Assembly (NCBI GenBank): GCA_010015585.1
Contig: ML975150.1
Reading direction: 5' to 3' (one strand)
DNA from: Eremomyces bilateralis CBS 781.70
Taxonomy: Eukaryota
Length of the DNA stretch: 64,000 bases
A program made the translations under genes and the position numbers. Positions 24,941-37,741 of this stretch are shown piece after piece (positions within the stretch are counted from its first letter, which is position 1; each line of letters opens with the position of its first letter). The notes beneath the pieces were generated by a model that saw nothing but the letters and a program-made list of their open reading frames with translations, was not told the DNA's origin and made no database searches.

Positions 24941-27265
24941 TCACATCACCACACACCCCGGCCCACTCCTCGCCCTCCTTCTCCTCCCCACCCCATTCCC
25001 CACCACCCCTCCCTCCCCATCCAACCCCGCGCCCATACCCCCCTCCTCCTCCTCCCACCCCCGCATCGCCTCCCGTGCGCGCCGCCGCCGCCGTCGCCCG
25101 CCCCCCGTCCCCGCCTCTTCGTTCATCATCATCCAGTCCGCCCACTTGCGCTCCAGGCGGCGCGCGCCGTCGAGGTTGGAGGCGAGGATGCGCCGGGTGT
25201 GCTCGGTCACGGTGGGTTGGTAGGTATAGAAGACTTTGAGGGAGAGGATGTCGGGGTTGGGTGCGGATGGCGATTCGGGGGATGTAAGTGAGGGAGTGCT
25301 GTAGGTGCAGTTTGAGAGGGTCGTGGCGGCCGTGAGGCCCATTTGGAGGGCTTCGGCATTGCGGTTGAGGACCTCGCGGACGCCCGTCCAGGTCACGTTG
25401 GCGCAGTCGAATGCGACGATGCGGAGCCCCACCTTGGGCGCGACGGTCTGCGCCTTGCACTTCCCCTTGTCCTGTGATGGTGCGTCGCCGTTGAGGGCGA
25501 CGGTGGCGGCGACGCGGGACAGGCGGTCGCGGTTGCGGTCGCGGATGAGCGAGGCGGCTTCGATCAGTACGAGGTCGCTCACGCGGGTGTTGTCGACGTC
25601 GAGGCTCTCGAGGTTGGTGGCGACTTTGAGGAGCGAGAGCATGCCGGCGTCGCCGAGGTGTTCGCAGTAGCTGATGCTGAGGTGGGTGAGGTGGCGGGCG
25701 AACGGGCTGCGGGACATGGTCTTGAGGGTGTCGTTGGTGAGCTGATCGAGCTCCTCGAGGTCGAGATGGGTGAGGGACTGGATGGAGAGCAGCAGATCCT
25801 TGATAGCAGCGTCGGTCAAGGTTGCGTTGCGGCTCAACTGGAGACCTTCCAAGTACGGGACATGGTGAGCGAGGGAACTGATGCCGTCATTGGTGATGCC
25901 TCTACATCTGGTCAGGTCCAAATGCTTCAAGTTGCGCGGAGGGACAATGGCTCGACCGGTTAGGCAGTCGATTTCGGGTTCAATTCCTTCCATGAGGGCC
26001 TTCAAAGCGTCGTCTGTCAGGCTGTCGCAGTTCATGAGCACGAGACGCTCGAGCGTGTTGCGGCGGAATAGGTCGTCCATGAATTCGACATCGTCAAATC
26101 CACGCACTTCACCGGCACGAAGGTCCTTGAGTTGACTACACGCCTGTACCACCCGCCTCAGTCCTCTAGTGTCGATGTTGTTGCACCAGCTCACATTCAA
26201 CGCCTCTAACTTCGGGCAATGGGCGGCAACGATCTTCATGGCGAAATTTGTCGCCCCTGCCAGCCCCGACAGATTGAGGGTTACCAGTCGCGAGTTCGAT
26301 AACAGAAAGTTGTGGATACTGCTTCGATCGATCCGACATCCTTCCAGTGAGAATTGCTCCAGATTGCAGCATTTCGAAGGGAGATCTTCCAGAATCCACG
26401 CATCGCGGAGTTGGACGCATCCACGAAGGTTCAAGTTACGCACGAAAGGACCAGCCGTTCCGATGATTTTACAGAGGGCGGACGCAGGGATGTCGCGGTA
26501 ATAGGACGAACAGTCCAAAGAACCCCATAGCTGACCATCTAGGCATAACTCTTGGAAGAGTGGCGAGACCGATGACACTCGAACCAGCTCCTTGGGCTCG
26601 AGGAAGGAGAGGATGTGGGTTCGTAGCTCAGGGGGCAGATCTAACCAGAAGTTGAAGTTTGGTCTTCTCCAGGACTCCGGGATCGGTTTGACGTCAGCGA
26701 TGGGTTGGTCGAGCGGCACACTGATGTTGTCTTCATCCGTTTCCGGGATCTGTTCCGTTGCAATGGGAGATATGCGTCCAGAGGCGGGTACGCGAAGTTC
26801 AACTGGGACAGCAACAGATGCGGGGCCATCCAGTGCGCCGGAGACGAGTCGATTCTTGCAATTGAGGTAGTCATCACCTCCCGGTGAGCTATCGGCCGAT
26901 GTTGGTGCTGTCGAATACCCTGCGCTTATCGGCGAGGTCGGACTTCCATAACTATATTCATAGGGAGAGCCCGCAGATGAGAGCGATACGCATGACATGG
27001 AGCCTCGACCACCGGGACGATAGCTGGTGGTGGAGGAGCGGCCCAACTTGGCAAGGGACGGTGACGACGAGATCCGTTGAAGTTTGTTGAGGAGTCGTTT
27101 TCGGCCGGTGAGTTTCTGAGGAATGTCGATTGGCGTCGTCTGAGCCAGAGTAGGCGAAGAGGACATTGCAGGAGGAGAGGGAGAGGTCGGAGATGCGTGT
27201 TGGGTCGATGTCGCATCGGGGAAGCCGTGGATCACGGCGTCGATCGAGTCGGTAGTGATATCCAT
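24941..27265 (-). CDS. F-box/leucine-rich-repeat protein (FBXL2/FBXL20-like) with C-terminal CaaX, 774 aa
   Basis: F-box LPPELRTHILSFLEPKELVRVSSVS; WGSLDCS; GPFVRNLNLRGC; multiple Cys-containing LRRs; ends CVVM*. Confidence 0.93.
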   Translation of the reverse strand: MDITTDSIDAVIHGFPDATSTQHASPTSPSPPAMSSSPTLAQTTPIDIPQKLTGRKRLLNKLQRISSSPSLAKLGRSSTTSYRPGGRGSMSCVSLSSAGSPYEYSYGSPTSPISAGYSTAPTSADSSPGGDDYLNCKNRLVSGALDGPASVAVPVELRVPASGRISPIATEQIPETDEDNISVPLDQPIADVKPIPESWRRPNFNFWLDLPPELRTHILSFLEPKELVRVSSVSPLFQELCLDGQLWGSLDCSSYYRDIPASALCKIIGTAGPFVRNLNLRGCVQLRDAWILEDLPSKCCNLEQFSLEGCRIDRSSIHNFLLSNSRLVTLNLSGLAGATNFAMKIVAAHCPKLEALNVSWCNNIDTRGLRRVVQACSQLKDLRAGEVRGFDDVEFMDDLFRRNTLERLVLMNCDSLTDDALKALMEGIEPEIDCLTGRAIVPPRNLKHLDLTRCRGITNDGISSLAHHVPYLEGLQLSRNATLTDAAIKDLLLSIQSLTHLDLEELDQLTNDTLKTMSRSPFARHLTHLSISYCEHLGDAGMLSLLKVATNLESLDVDNTRVSDLVLIEAASLIRDRNRDRLSRVAATVALNGDAPSQDKGKCKAQTVAPKVGLRIVAFDCANVTWTGVREVLNRNAEALQMGLTAATTLSNCTYSTPSLTSPESPSAPNPDILSLKVFYTYQPTVTEHTRRILASNLDGARRLERKWADWMMMNEEAGTGGGRRRRRRAREAMRGWEEEEGGMGAGLDGEGGVVGNGVGRRRRARSGPGCVVM

Positions 27266-27795
27266 TGTAAAGAGAGATTCCAGCTCGTGTAATCGAGCTC
27301 CCTGAGCTGTGGTCCGATTGTCTTCTTCAATGGTCGGCCCAGGGTTCAGCTGCCGAACGTCGGCAGTTAAAAGGCTGGTAAGAACGGAATGTATAACTTC
27401 TAGGGACCAGTCTATGGCGATAGAGGGGATCGAACGCGAAAGTCTCGATGCACAGCAGAGATAAGGGAATAGAAGGGGTCATTTAACCATGAGGTGTGCC
27501 CATCTGGCAATTGGCCAAGTCTGTCGGTAGAGGGTATGATCAGCATTCATCATCCGCTCGAGGCTGGGAGGGGGGATCCCGAAATGATTCGGTACATGGC
27601 ACCATACCGTCACGACATGATATGAAGATTGCTGGGTTCCAAGCGCAGGAAACTGAGGACGATAGTTAGGGAAGATAGGAATTGGAGGATGGGAAAAAAG
27701 GAATCGTAGGAGGATTCCGATGGATCCAAAATGGGCCACACAGAAGGCAAAGGGTGGTGGATTGGTACCCCTCCGTCTCACTGGTGAACAAAGTG

Positions 27796-27816
27796 GGTGG
27801 TGGTGGTGGTGGTGGA
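27796..27816 (+). repeat. (GGT)n microsatellite
   Basis: GGTGGTGGTGGTGGTGGTGGA. Confidence 0.8.
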
Positions 27817-29220
27817 GGAGAGTCGGAGTTGGCGCGGACATACGCCGTGCCGCCCCCAATCAGAAAGCGGGGTTGCTCGATAACAGGAACACGAGAGACA
27901 GGATCAGAGAGAGTCTAGGTCACCGACTCTCTATTACCGCTTGATCGCTAGAATAATCTGGCTAACAAGGCTCTAATAATAATCCTTTGGATTCTCGTCT
28001 CTCTTCCACCTTGCTTCCCCTTGCGGCACTGATTACGACAGTCCTCTGACATGCGACCCCACGGCTGTTAACCACATGCATGTGTCTCGCCCGCGGGTCA
28101 TCTGCCCTTACCACCGATACGCGGATGATGCCCGATGATCAAGTAGCACTTAGCAGGAATCTCTGCATGACCTTTTCGTGTAAGTTTGTATCTTCCAGGC
28201 TTTAGACCATCTCAAGTTTCTTAACATTCAAGATGCCCCTCCAAAGAAGAATATCCGAGCGCAATTCTAGCCTCCAGGAGGACCGAGGGATCCCACTTTC
28301 ACTCCGCGATTCATCCGGATCGCCAGCTACTTATCTACGCTAAAGCCCGAGCTGCACACCAAAATTTATTAGGAAGTTGCTTATTCCGCCCTGGCACTCC
28401 GATCTAGTGGACACTGGAGACCGGAGACGAGACTGGATCACTGGAGAGGTTGAATCGCGTCTGCCCAGGGTTTTCAGTCCCGTTGCTTACTTGCTTTGGG
28501 ATCTACTGGTAGGGTGCCATGTGTCCCGGTTGTGACATGCGAGCCCTCGTGGCCTGTCCGCTGAACCTGTAGAAGGATTCCTCCGTGCCTTGCTGATGCT
28601 GTGCGCCACCACGAAATTGAATCGGAGACAGAGAACGAATTACGTTCATCGCTGTGTCCGAGGTTCGGGGAAGTGGGAACTCAAAAGGTGGGACCTATAC
28701 CATCACGTGGGTATATTTGCCTTGGCGCCTGAGGCATAAAGCCTCCTCAATCCTCCACCAAGAGTCCTCCCGCTGACCCGTTCTTCGCATCTTAACAAGT
28801 AACAACATCGAGGATATATCGTGGTCGATACTCTAGTATACATGTATTGATCATCGCTTGGATCATTGCCAGTTTGCATCGTTGCGCCACGCGTTAACTC
28901 AAACATTGGGTTCATCTGAACAAACTGATATTTGTACTTGCTGGCCGGACATGTGCACTGCATGCATTTATGCAGCAACAGATCCACGAATCAGACTGGA
29001 AGTGCTATGTACAGTATTGTACTGTATAGGAGGTAGGTGGCATTTCCTATAGACGGATACAGCCTCATCTTGACCAACTACATATACGTTGCTTTATTTA
29101 AGAATCATTTCTATTATCGGGTTCTGAGTCGTTACTTTCCCGTGCCCAGTTTCTATTAATGCTATTCCATGAACAAGTCAGTTTCACTGAACGAGGTGCT
29201 GTCAACCATCTTTCTCTGTC

Positions 29221-31525
29221 ATGGCATCTAAAGACCCGATCGAACCTAATCAGGACGACACACAAGCAAGGCTTGCGTTCGCTGGGAGCCGTCTCCCGCC
29301 CAAGACTCGCCTCGAGTTCCTCCTAAAGAGGTTTTCGGCCCTAATATCTACCAGAAACAAAAGGGGACGCGGTTTCGCCAAAGTTGAACTCACACTCTTC
29401 CTGGACAATGAGCATATATTGGAATTCCCAGTGAGCATACTGAGTCTGAAAAACGGCGGAGCGAGCCAGAGACCAACACTCCTTGGCGAACCCTGCCATT
29501 ATGCTAGAGCCGAAAATGGACAATTTGTTTTGAGTCCAGTCCTCTGGTCGGGTCAAGACGTCGAGAAGAGAGCCGAGATCCTTCTCAATCTGTTTGGATT
29601 GGCGTGGAGGAAAACCATGTCTGATATCCTCGGACCTCAAGAACAACCTAGCAGTCCCGTCCACTGGAAAGTTTCTGGAGACTTCGAGGCTGCAAGCCTC
29701 TCTTTCTTTGATTATGACGAGGCCAGCCGTCCAACACTAGTAGGGAAGGTGAATTTCACAGGACCTGAGGTATGGCTTATGAGTCGTGTTCAAGGCAACA
29801 TATACTTAGATTTGTCTAGGATTCGCCTTGGATTCGAGACTTACACGAATCATATGGGAGAATTTGGTGCCTATGACGGACGATACTGTTGAAGAACTAA
29901 CATTTTGCTAACTTCGGCAGGTATCTTAGTAGAGTCGAGCGATGCTCACGATGAGGTCGATTATTCTCTTGGTCTGCCAGATCTACCAAACCCTCCATGC
30001 CCTGGGACAAGTGGGACGAGATTTTGATCCTGACGATCACCCTGCCGCCTTCTTTCTGCAAATGTATTTTGGTGCATGGCAGCCTTTCTACATATATAAC
30101 AGCGGATGGCGGTCTCCTGAGCAGGGAAGCAAACACGTTTCGTTGCAGTTTCATCTCCGACTGCTTTCTCGGGACGGATTACCGCCGGTATACCTTCCAA
30201 CAATGGCACAAGGTGGGATCAGCTCCAGCTGTATCTATTTCAATCGCTTCGAGGGGAGCATACCTTCGCCTTTGGGGGGGAAGAAGTTCGAGTTGACGGA
30301 GGCTCGTCTTGCGGTGTTGCTCAATACCACCCTCTCTAACCGTCCCTTGTATGCGATCACTTTACTGGACGACTTCCGGATTTGCACCTATGTAGACGAA
30401 TCGGATGCGCTCGCGAAGATAAAGAGCCTAGGCTTCAAGGTCCCAGGTGCTCAAACCGGTATCGCCATGTTTCTCGCAATGCTGCATATAGCACACTTCT
30501 ATTGGGCAATGGAGTGGGGGTTATTCCTCGATGCGATGGACACGATGTTGGATTTTGGGGTATTGCCACCCTCCAAGCTCTTCGGGTCGAATTGGCGCTA
30601 ACAACCGCAGATACACAGCGCGCTGAATCCCGAGGATCGACGCAAACTAATGTTCGACAGGTCCTTGACCATGGCTGAGTCGTACTTCGCTGTTCTGCAG
30701 ACCCTGCGTGTTTGTAAAGTCTGGATCCAGGAGGTCCCCAAAAATCTAGCGGATCTGAAAATCCAGTATACGGGAACCATTACCGCCTTCTTCCCGACGG
30801 AGTTTCCAGAAGGTGAGCACGCAGGCGACATAGACGCATTCTGGGAAAAGGACATCGAGGATGCCAAAACTGCTGCTGAACCGCTTCTTGCAAGAGTGAC
30901 ACAAATGGAGGAGGATGTCAAAAGCCTAAGGGATGGTGTAAGTCCTCCGCATTTCTCTTTGTACGTCTCAAGGCTGTTACAAACGTCGAGGACCAGCATA
31001 GTGTTGCTTGCCTCTTGCATGCCCCGGAGAGTAGTGGCCATCTGACACTTACTTCCAGTTAATGAGCACAACTCAACTTCTCGAAGCCACAAGGGCTTCC
31101 ACTCTCAATCAATACATTCTTGTATTTACCTTTGCCACTATATTTTATCTACCCTTGGGCTTTGTTGCGGTAAGTTCATCCCGTGCATCCTGACGACGGT
31201 CTGACCGTTCCAGGCAATCTTCGGCATGCATCTCTTCGACCACGAAGATGCGTCCCGAAACCAGCGCTCTTTCTACATCACCACCGCCTTAATGGCGGTT
31301 GTAACCTACGCATTCGCCGCTTTAGCAATAGTTGGGATCCGGCATCACGACCGATCACAGCAGACCAAACCATCTTGGTCCAACTCTGTCCGTTTATTCG
31401 TCGGTGGACTTTGGAAACTGTTCCGACCTCAACAGAAATATGTGTCCTTGGATGCGACTACACTAATGCCTGGTGGCGACTCCAGTAGTGAGCCAGGCGC
31501 CAAGTCCACGACTGATATGGCCTGA
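29221..31525 (+). CDS. CorA-like (two C-terminal TM helices) membrane protein, multi-exon
   Basis: Spliced C-terminus LRDG/LMSTTQLLEATRASTLNQYILVFTFATIFYLPLGFVA/AIFGMHLF...FYITTALMAVVTY; RRKLMFDRS motif after intron 30560-30610. The junction near 29770-29940 is ambiguous. Confidence 0.7.
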
Positions 31526-33302
31526 TTGTTACTTCCAGAACTTGAAAGTTAGACATTCTTCCCCGAATCTCAGGCCTGTAAATCAGGTGGTCCGATTATA
31601 TTCTTCATAGCGGGGCCGTTTCACATGCATCATCGATTTTGTTGGATGGTTAACTATCCTAGCGACATATACTTCCCTACGACCATCGAATATCGATGCT
31701 CGCATTCGGTTATCCGCCCTGCTCTTCACGATGACTTAGGAATTTCAATTCCGCGATTCACAACATGCGGTTCGCATCGTCCCGTATTCTGAAGTGGGAT
31801 AACCGGAGAAGGAGAGCCGGGATCCCGACGGTCTGGGCGCATGCGCACAATTCCCAACCCCGGCGGAACCGCCATGGTGGAGAACGGTACTTGGAGCGCC
31901 AGGAATCAGGATACCAACATCTGCGCTTGTTCCAGCTTTGCATATCGAAGCAAAATCCAACCACACGCCATGTAATCCGATAGCGCTGACTTGCATCGCT
32001 GTACTGTCAGAAGTGGCGAGAGCGGAGCTTCGGCTGCCAGATCTTTGCATCGAAATTCAGTCGAGAACTTCCAAGCTGCAGGTCACAACCAAGTATTCCG
32101 TACGGAGTACTTCCCCGTTTACGACGCGATCGCAGCGGCAAACGAGCCGCGTCGCCGCCCAAGTCAATAAATCCCACATTCTCAGCAATAGCGGGCTACG
32201 GAAAGTATTGTCTCTAATTCCTATGCAGACGAAGAGGCTTCCTCTGCAATCCTGCATTAGCTATTTGCCCCTGTTGAAATGCTGTGCCCAGCCTGCAATT
32301 GCAGGTGGTCAGGATTTCGTCGAAAATGCCCCAGAGACTAACGATTGGAAAACGTGGCTAGGAGCCGAGGACAAGCAAAGCATAGATGATTATTTCCCCC
32401 TCCGGGCAAGTGACCAAGGCCTTAGTCCCTGTCCTAACTCTTACAGCTTGCACCTTTGTGTACTTCTAGAGGGGGGCTGCACGTATAGCGCACTAGAGGC
32501 GACCAACTGTTCCCGTTCTGGATTCCCAGCTGACGCCGGTTCATATCTCCATTCTTCGATACCGTTTTGGGCGGAGGAAGGACGCACCTCGTCAACGATC
32601 GACACTCGCTGAGCACGTCAACATTGAACATACATTGCATTTTGGTTCGACAGGATTGCCGGGCAGTGATTCGGGGGTGATTAAGACATGAGGTCGAGAA
32701 ACCTTCTGAGGGCGAATGGAACTTTGGTACCCCAGAGGAAGAGGAGCGGCCCGTGGCCTGTAGTTTGACCCTCGAGTCATTGACCAAGGGAATGACCCAT
32801 CCGAACTCCACCGTTTTACCAGCCGCATGGATCTCATGGTTGCCAAGTTTATCTTGTGTCGTTGGCTTTCCAACCTGCAAGGACTACACCCTCTTGGCGG
32901 CAAATGGACCGTTCCTCATCGCTTGATACTGTAGGGACTGCTCGGATTGGCGAAGTTGATTTGCGGCTCGACCTTTCTCAGATAATCCTAGAAACAATTG
33001 GCCAATGGATACATAGCGGCATATCCGTGCTGGGACCGAAATCCCGCAATTGTGGATGTACCCTGCGTGGTGAAGGTGGATGTGAAAGAGATACGCGTTG
33101 ATGAACAAGTGTTAGTGTCTGTCGCTACTCTTACCTGTATATTGAGCCCGTTTCCGCTGATAAGTCCTCAGCTCTCTTTTCGCCTTCAGTACACGCAGGT
33201 CGTTGAATCATCGGCAATCTTCGCTACCTTGCGTTTCCTTTTCAAGTCGTTGGGTCACTGTCTGCTCAGGAGGATATTCCTAAGCCGATTGTGCCGTTCG
33301 CC

Positions 33303-34953
33303 ATGGCAAATTTACATGAGAAGAGTGCGGAGTTCGGTGTGGATGTTGACGATTCGGTCTCTTCAACGGAAGCTCAATCGGAGCTGTCCCCAAAGCAGCA
33401 GAGACGTGTTATTCGAAAGATTGATGTCCGTCTGGTCATTATGCTGGGTGCCATGTACATGATCTCGTTGCTCGACCGAACGAATATGGGACAAGCGAAC
33501 GTTAGTGGGTAATTGGGCATCCTCACCTTCAAGAAGATTCCGACTGACGTTTCCCAGCATGAATAAAGAGCTAAATTTGACCGGCTACCGTTACAACATC
33601 ATTTCATTAACCTTGTTCTTCCCTTACATCGCATTCCAACCCCTAGCGGCGTTCTTGATCCGCAAGATTGGCCCTCGTGTTTTCCTCTCCACAAGCACTC
33701 TCCTCTGGGGGTCAGTGGTGATCGGCATGGGGTTTGTAACGACGTGGAACACCATGGCGGGTATTCGCGCTATCCTGGGTGCCTTGGAGGCTGGGTCCTT
33801 CTCGGGATATGTCTATCTACTTTCTACGTGCGTTTTCTGCTGTCGACGTAGGGCAGCATATTTGCTAACGGCGACTGTAGATGGTACGAACGTTACGAGG
33901 TGGGCAAGCGGTATGCGCTCTTCTTTATCTTGGGATCCGTAGCACAGGGCCTGTCTGGCATTCTTTCCTATGGCCTGATACAGATGGACGGTCTTGGAGG
34001 CGTAAGTGGCTGGCGTTGGATCCTGATCATGGAAGGAATAGTAAGTGTGATATCGGAGATATTCTTGGACACCGGCTGACCAAGTCCCCAGATTACTTGC
34101 GTCATTGCCTTCCTCGGATTTATCTTTCTGATCTCCTTCCCGGATGAGGTGCCAGACAATTCCAAATTCCTGACCCCGACTGAGCGCGATTGGCTCATCA
34201 AAAAAGTCAAAGACGACCGAGGAGACGTGCACATCGAGCCGTTCTCCCTCAAGAAATTCTTCGCGGCAGGCCTGGACATTAAGATCTGGTGCTACGGTTT
34301 GATTTATTTCGGCACGACGACGATCCTGTATTCGATCGCGCTCTTCGGTCCACTCATCCTTCGCAACACCCTGAATTTCTCCGTTGCTGCCTCGAACTTA
34401 CTGATTGCTCCGCCTTTTGCATTCGGCGCCATCATCAATTACGTCAATGGATGGTACGGCGACAAGTACAAGCAACGGGCTGGACCTATTATCTTCAATA
34501 TGGTTCTTTGTATCATTGGCCTGTCCATGTTGGGGTGGACGAAGAATCCTTGGGTCCGGTACGCTGGCATGTTTCCCCTTACCGCTGGAGCCACCTCGAA
34601 CGGAAGTGCGTCGATTACATATCAAGCGAACAACATCCGGGGTCAATGGAAACGATCGTTCTGCTCTGCCACGATCATTGGAATGGGCGGGATTGGAGGA
34701 ATCGCTGGCGCGGTTGTTTTCAGGTGCGTCCCTTGACTTTTTGTTCCAATGTTGTAGTTGCTGACCTGACCGTTCCAGATCCCAGGACGTCCCTCATTAT
34801 CACCCGGGGCTGTGGGCGTGCATGGCTTGTGCACTCATGAACATTGTAATTGTCTGCGGGTTGACCATCCGCCTACGTTTTGAGAACCGACGGGCGGATC
34901 GTGAAGGAACCGCTATTGAGGGCGAGAATGATGGATTCCGTTACACAATCTAA
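33303..34953 (+). CDS. MFS transporter, anion:cation symporter (Dal5/Tna1-like) family, 5 exons
   Basis: RRVIRKIDVRL...LDRTNMGQANVSG; WYERYEVGKRYA; GWRWILIMEG; YQANNIRGQWKRSF; ends GFRYTI*. Confidence 0.93.
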
Positions 34954-36050
34954 AAGATTGCTTCTCTGGCGTACCTTCCTGGTGGGGAGATCCGTTGCTT
35001 GTCTAGATCAAAGTGTTCTGAAAGCACCAGCGAGGAATGATTGGAGAAACACTCCCTTCGGGCATTTCCCGATACACCGGGAGAATCACTTAGAGGATCC
35101 CATAGAACCACATTTTAGAAATCGGAGCGCCCAAAATCCTATTGCAATTTGTCCGCACGGGATTGAGAATGTTTTCATTTTTCAAGCACCTATACCAATG
35201 GCACGGATGTAATGCATTCACAGGATACCTTTACGGATGGGATTTGGCCTACACATGGTGTAATATGGGCAAAGGATCATGACTAGTAGTAATTATTGAG
35301 AACCACTCAACGGGACAGTTTAACAAACTCAAAACATTCTTACATAGACAATATGTTTGATGTCCATATCACTCATGCACGCTCAACTTCTGGAGAGAAG
35401 ATTGACCAGAAACAGTCCCAACATCTCTAATTGGTAAACAACAATGAGGTATCTCGTCATCCAGTTCGCTCGCTCGCCCGTCATCAGTTTATGTACATCC
35501 AACAGCATCGTCCTATATGCCAAATTGACAAGGTCCGAAGATAAAATAAAAAAAAGAAAGCCAAACAATGAAACCAATACAAAAAACGGCTCAAAATCAA
35601 CCTGGGGGGGTAGTAGTAGTCGTCGGTGAAAAGGAAAGAACTCCAATCGCTGATGCATGCTGTGATGATGTGAAAGTGGATGGGAAAATCAAACCCATCG
35701 TGTTTCACGGTTCGACGGTACTCGATGGATTGTGGGAAATGGAAATAGACATGTCGATATGAATCGATGCAACCTCGTGCACCCACCCTCGCGCAGCGTC
35801 GAACTCATCCAACGGTCGGCATTTTTGAGCAGTTGCGAAAGCAGAAGAGTTTCGTGATAGTTTGGTTTCGGTCGGGTGGTGTTCGTATCCTCCGCGACTA
35901 GACGTCGTCGACGATGACGGCGGAATGTGTTTGTCACCCGACCGGATACGACACATTCCTCATGCTCCCACACTTCCTCTCTCCTCTTCGGCCGTCAATC
36001 ATCACCTCGCATCGCGAATCTCGAAATGCCTGTAGCCGGGGATCCGTTCC

Positions 36051-37741
36051 CTACACGTTCTGCGGCTGCCATCCGAGGGACATCAGCAGTTTCTTCGCGT
36101 CTTTGCCGTCCATGTTGTTGACGCTCAGTCGCTGGATGGTGGCGCCGGATTTCAGGCGCGCGAGGCTCTTGCCGACTTTCCAGTACTCGGTTTCCGAGAG
36201 GATGAAGATGTAGCGGGTGTTGTCGGCGTCCTTGGTGGTGACGCGGATGATGGCGTAGGGAGGGACTTCGGCGCTCTGGATGGGGGTTAGGTCGGAACGG
36301 AGGTTAAGAGCATGGGATATGCATTGTTGACTTGTTATGGGTGGAAATGGGAGAAACTTACCTCGATGGACTTCATCGTCCACAACTTCACATCCCACTC
36401 CCGCTCCTGCACCTGCCGCACCTCATCGTCGAGAAACAGCCCCTCCAGATCCATCCGCAGCACCAACCCGTCCGTGACCGGCACCATACCCGCCTGCAGT
36501 TGCGCCTTCGGCTTGCGCGGGAACGAGTCACCGAACTGGTACACGGCCTTCAGCACGATCTTCTTCTCGTCGTTGGTCACGAACGGCCCGCTGGGTCGGG
36601 GGGGCGGCGTCGTGGCAGTGGTCTCCGAACCGAAATAGGAGGACGCGTCGGAGTAGAAGGAGGACGCGGAGGCTTGCTTGGCGGGTCGTTTGGGCTGGTC
36701 GTAGGGACGGTAGGAGTACTGATTTTCCTGGCCGGTCGGCGCGGAGGACACCTTCGAGCCGACTGGACGACCGTAGATATTCGTCCGCTCTCCGACTCCG
36801 TACACCGGTCTCGAAGCCTTCTCCCTCGCCTCCCTCTCTGCTTTCTCCTTCGCCTCTCTCTCAACCTTCGCCTTCACCTCCCGCTCCACCTTCTCCCGCG
36901 CCTCTCGCTCGATCTTCTCCCTCGCCTCCCTCGTCGCCTTCGCTCGCGCTTCCCGCTCCGCCTTCTCCTTCGCATCCTTCTCCACGCGCTCTCTCTCCTT
37001 CCGCTCCCTTTCCACGCGCTCCTTTGCCTCCTTCATCCGCGACTCCCACTTCACCTTGTCTTCGGCCAGCTTCGCCGCCTTCTCGGCGGCTTCTTTCTCG
37101 TCCCGGCGCTTCTTTTCTTCCGCTTGCGCTTTCATTTGGGCTTTGGCGCGCTCCCAGGCGGAGGGGCCGTCGTTGGCGGTGTGTCGAGGCTTGGGTTGGG
37201 GTTGTGGTTTCGGTGGCGGTGGAGAATGCGGCTCGGGATTCGGTGGAGGTGGAGGTGATGAGTGTGCGTTCGGATCAGGGCCGGTGTGTCCAGAATTCCA
37301 ACTCGGCCCAGCATTTGGGGGACCGCCCGAATCGCCCGTCGGTCCAGGCTTTGATGAAGAACCACCGCCTTCCGCGGATGTCTTCCCGAGTGCCCAGGCA
37401 CCGATCCCGACAATGCCCACGAGCATGAACACCGACATGCCGCCACCGCTTTCCGTCACCGACTTGATCCACACCCACGCGACGGGCGCGACGATGGAGC
37501 AAATGACGATGACCAGCAGCATGGAAAATGCGCCGGCTAAGAACGAGTTCCGATGCACGTACAACGAGGGCAGGTAGATGACGCCACCGCCCTTCTCCAC
37601 GATCAGAAATTGCGAGTGCTCCGGATCCAGTCCCGCCTTGTCGAATGCTGACTTGTCGAAGCCGCCGCGCGTAGTCTTCGGGTTCGAGCCATGGGGCGGC
37701 GGGGGAGGAGGCGGCGGGGCTCCTCCGTGGTTCTGTGACAT
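36051..37741 (-). CDS. Uncharacterised membrane protein: 2 TM helices, Pro-rich linker, E/R/K helix, C-terminal globular domain; 2 exons
   Basis: The 468-codon ORF splices after ...TMKSIE (GTAAGT...CTAAC...CAG) into SAEVPPYAIIRV...WQPQNV*. Strong GC3 bias. Confidence 0.85.

Noticed and set aside
31938..32612. 224-codon ORF upstream of the MFS gene
   Set aside because: Non-ATG start, no motifs; probably promoter or intergenic sequence.
36332..37258. 308-codon + strand ORF, and similar ORFs at 40160-40864, 54010-54840 and 52028-52624
   Set aside because: Antisense shadows of GC3-rich real genes.
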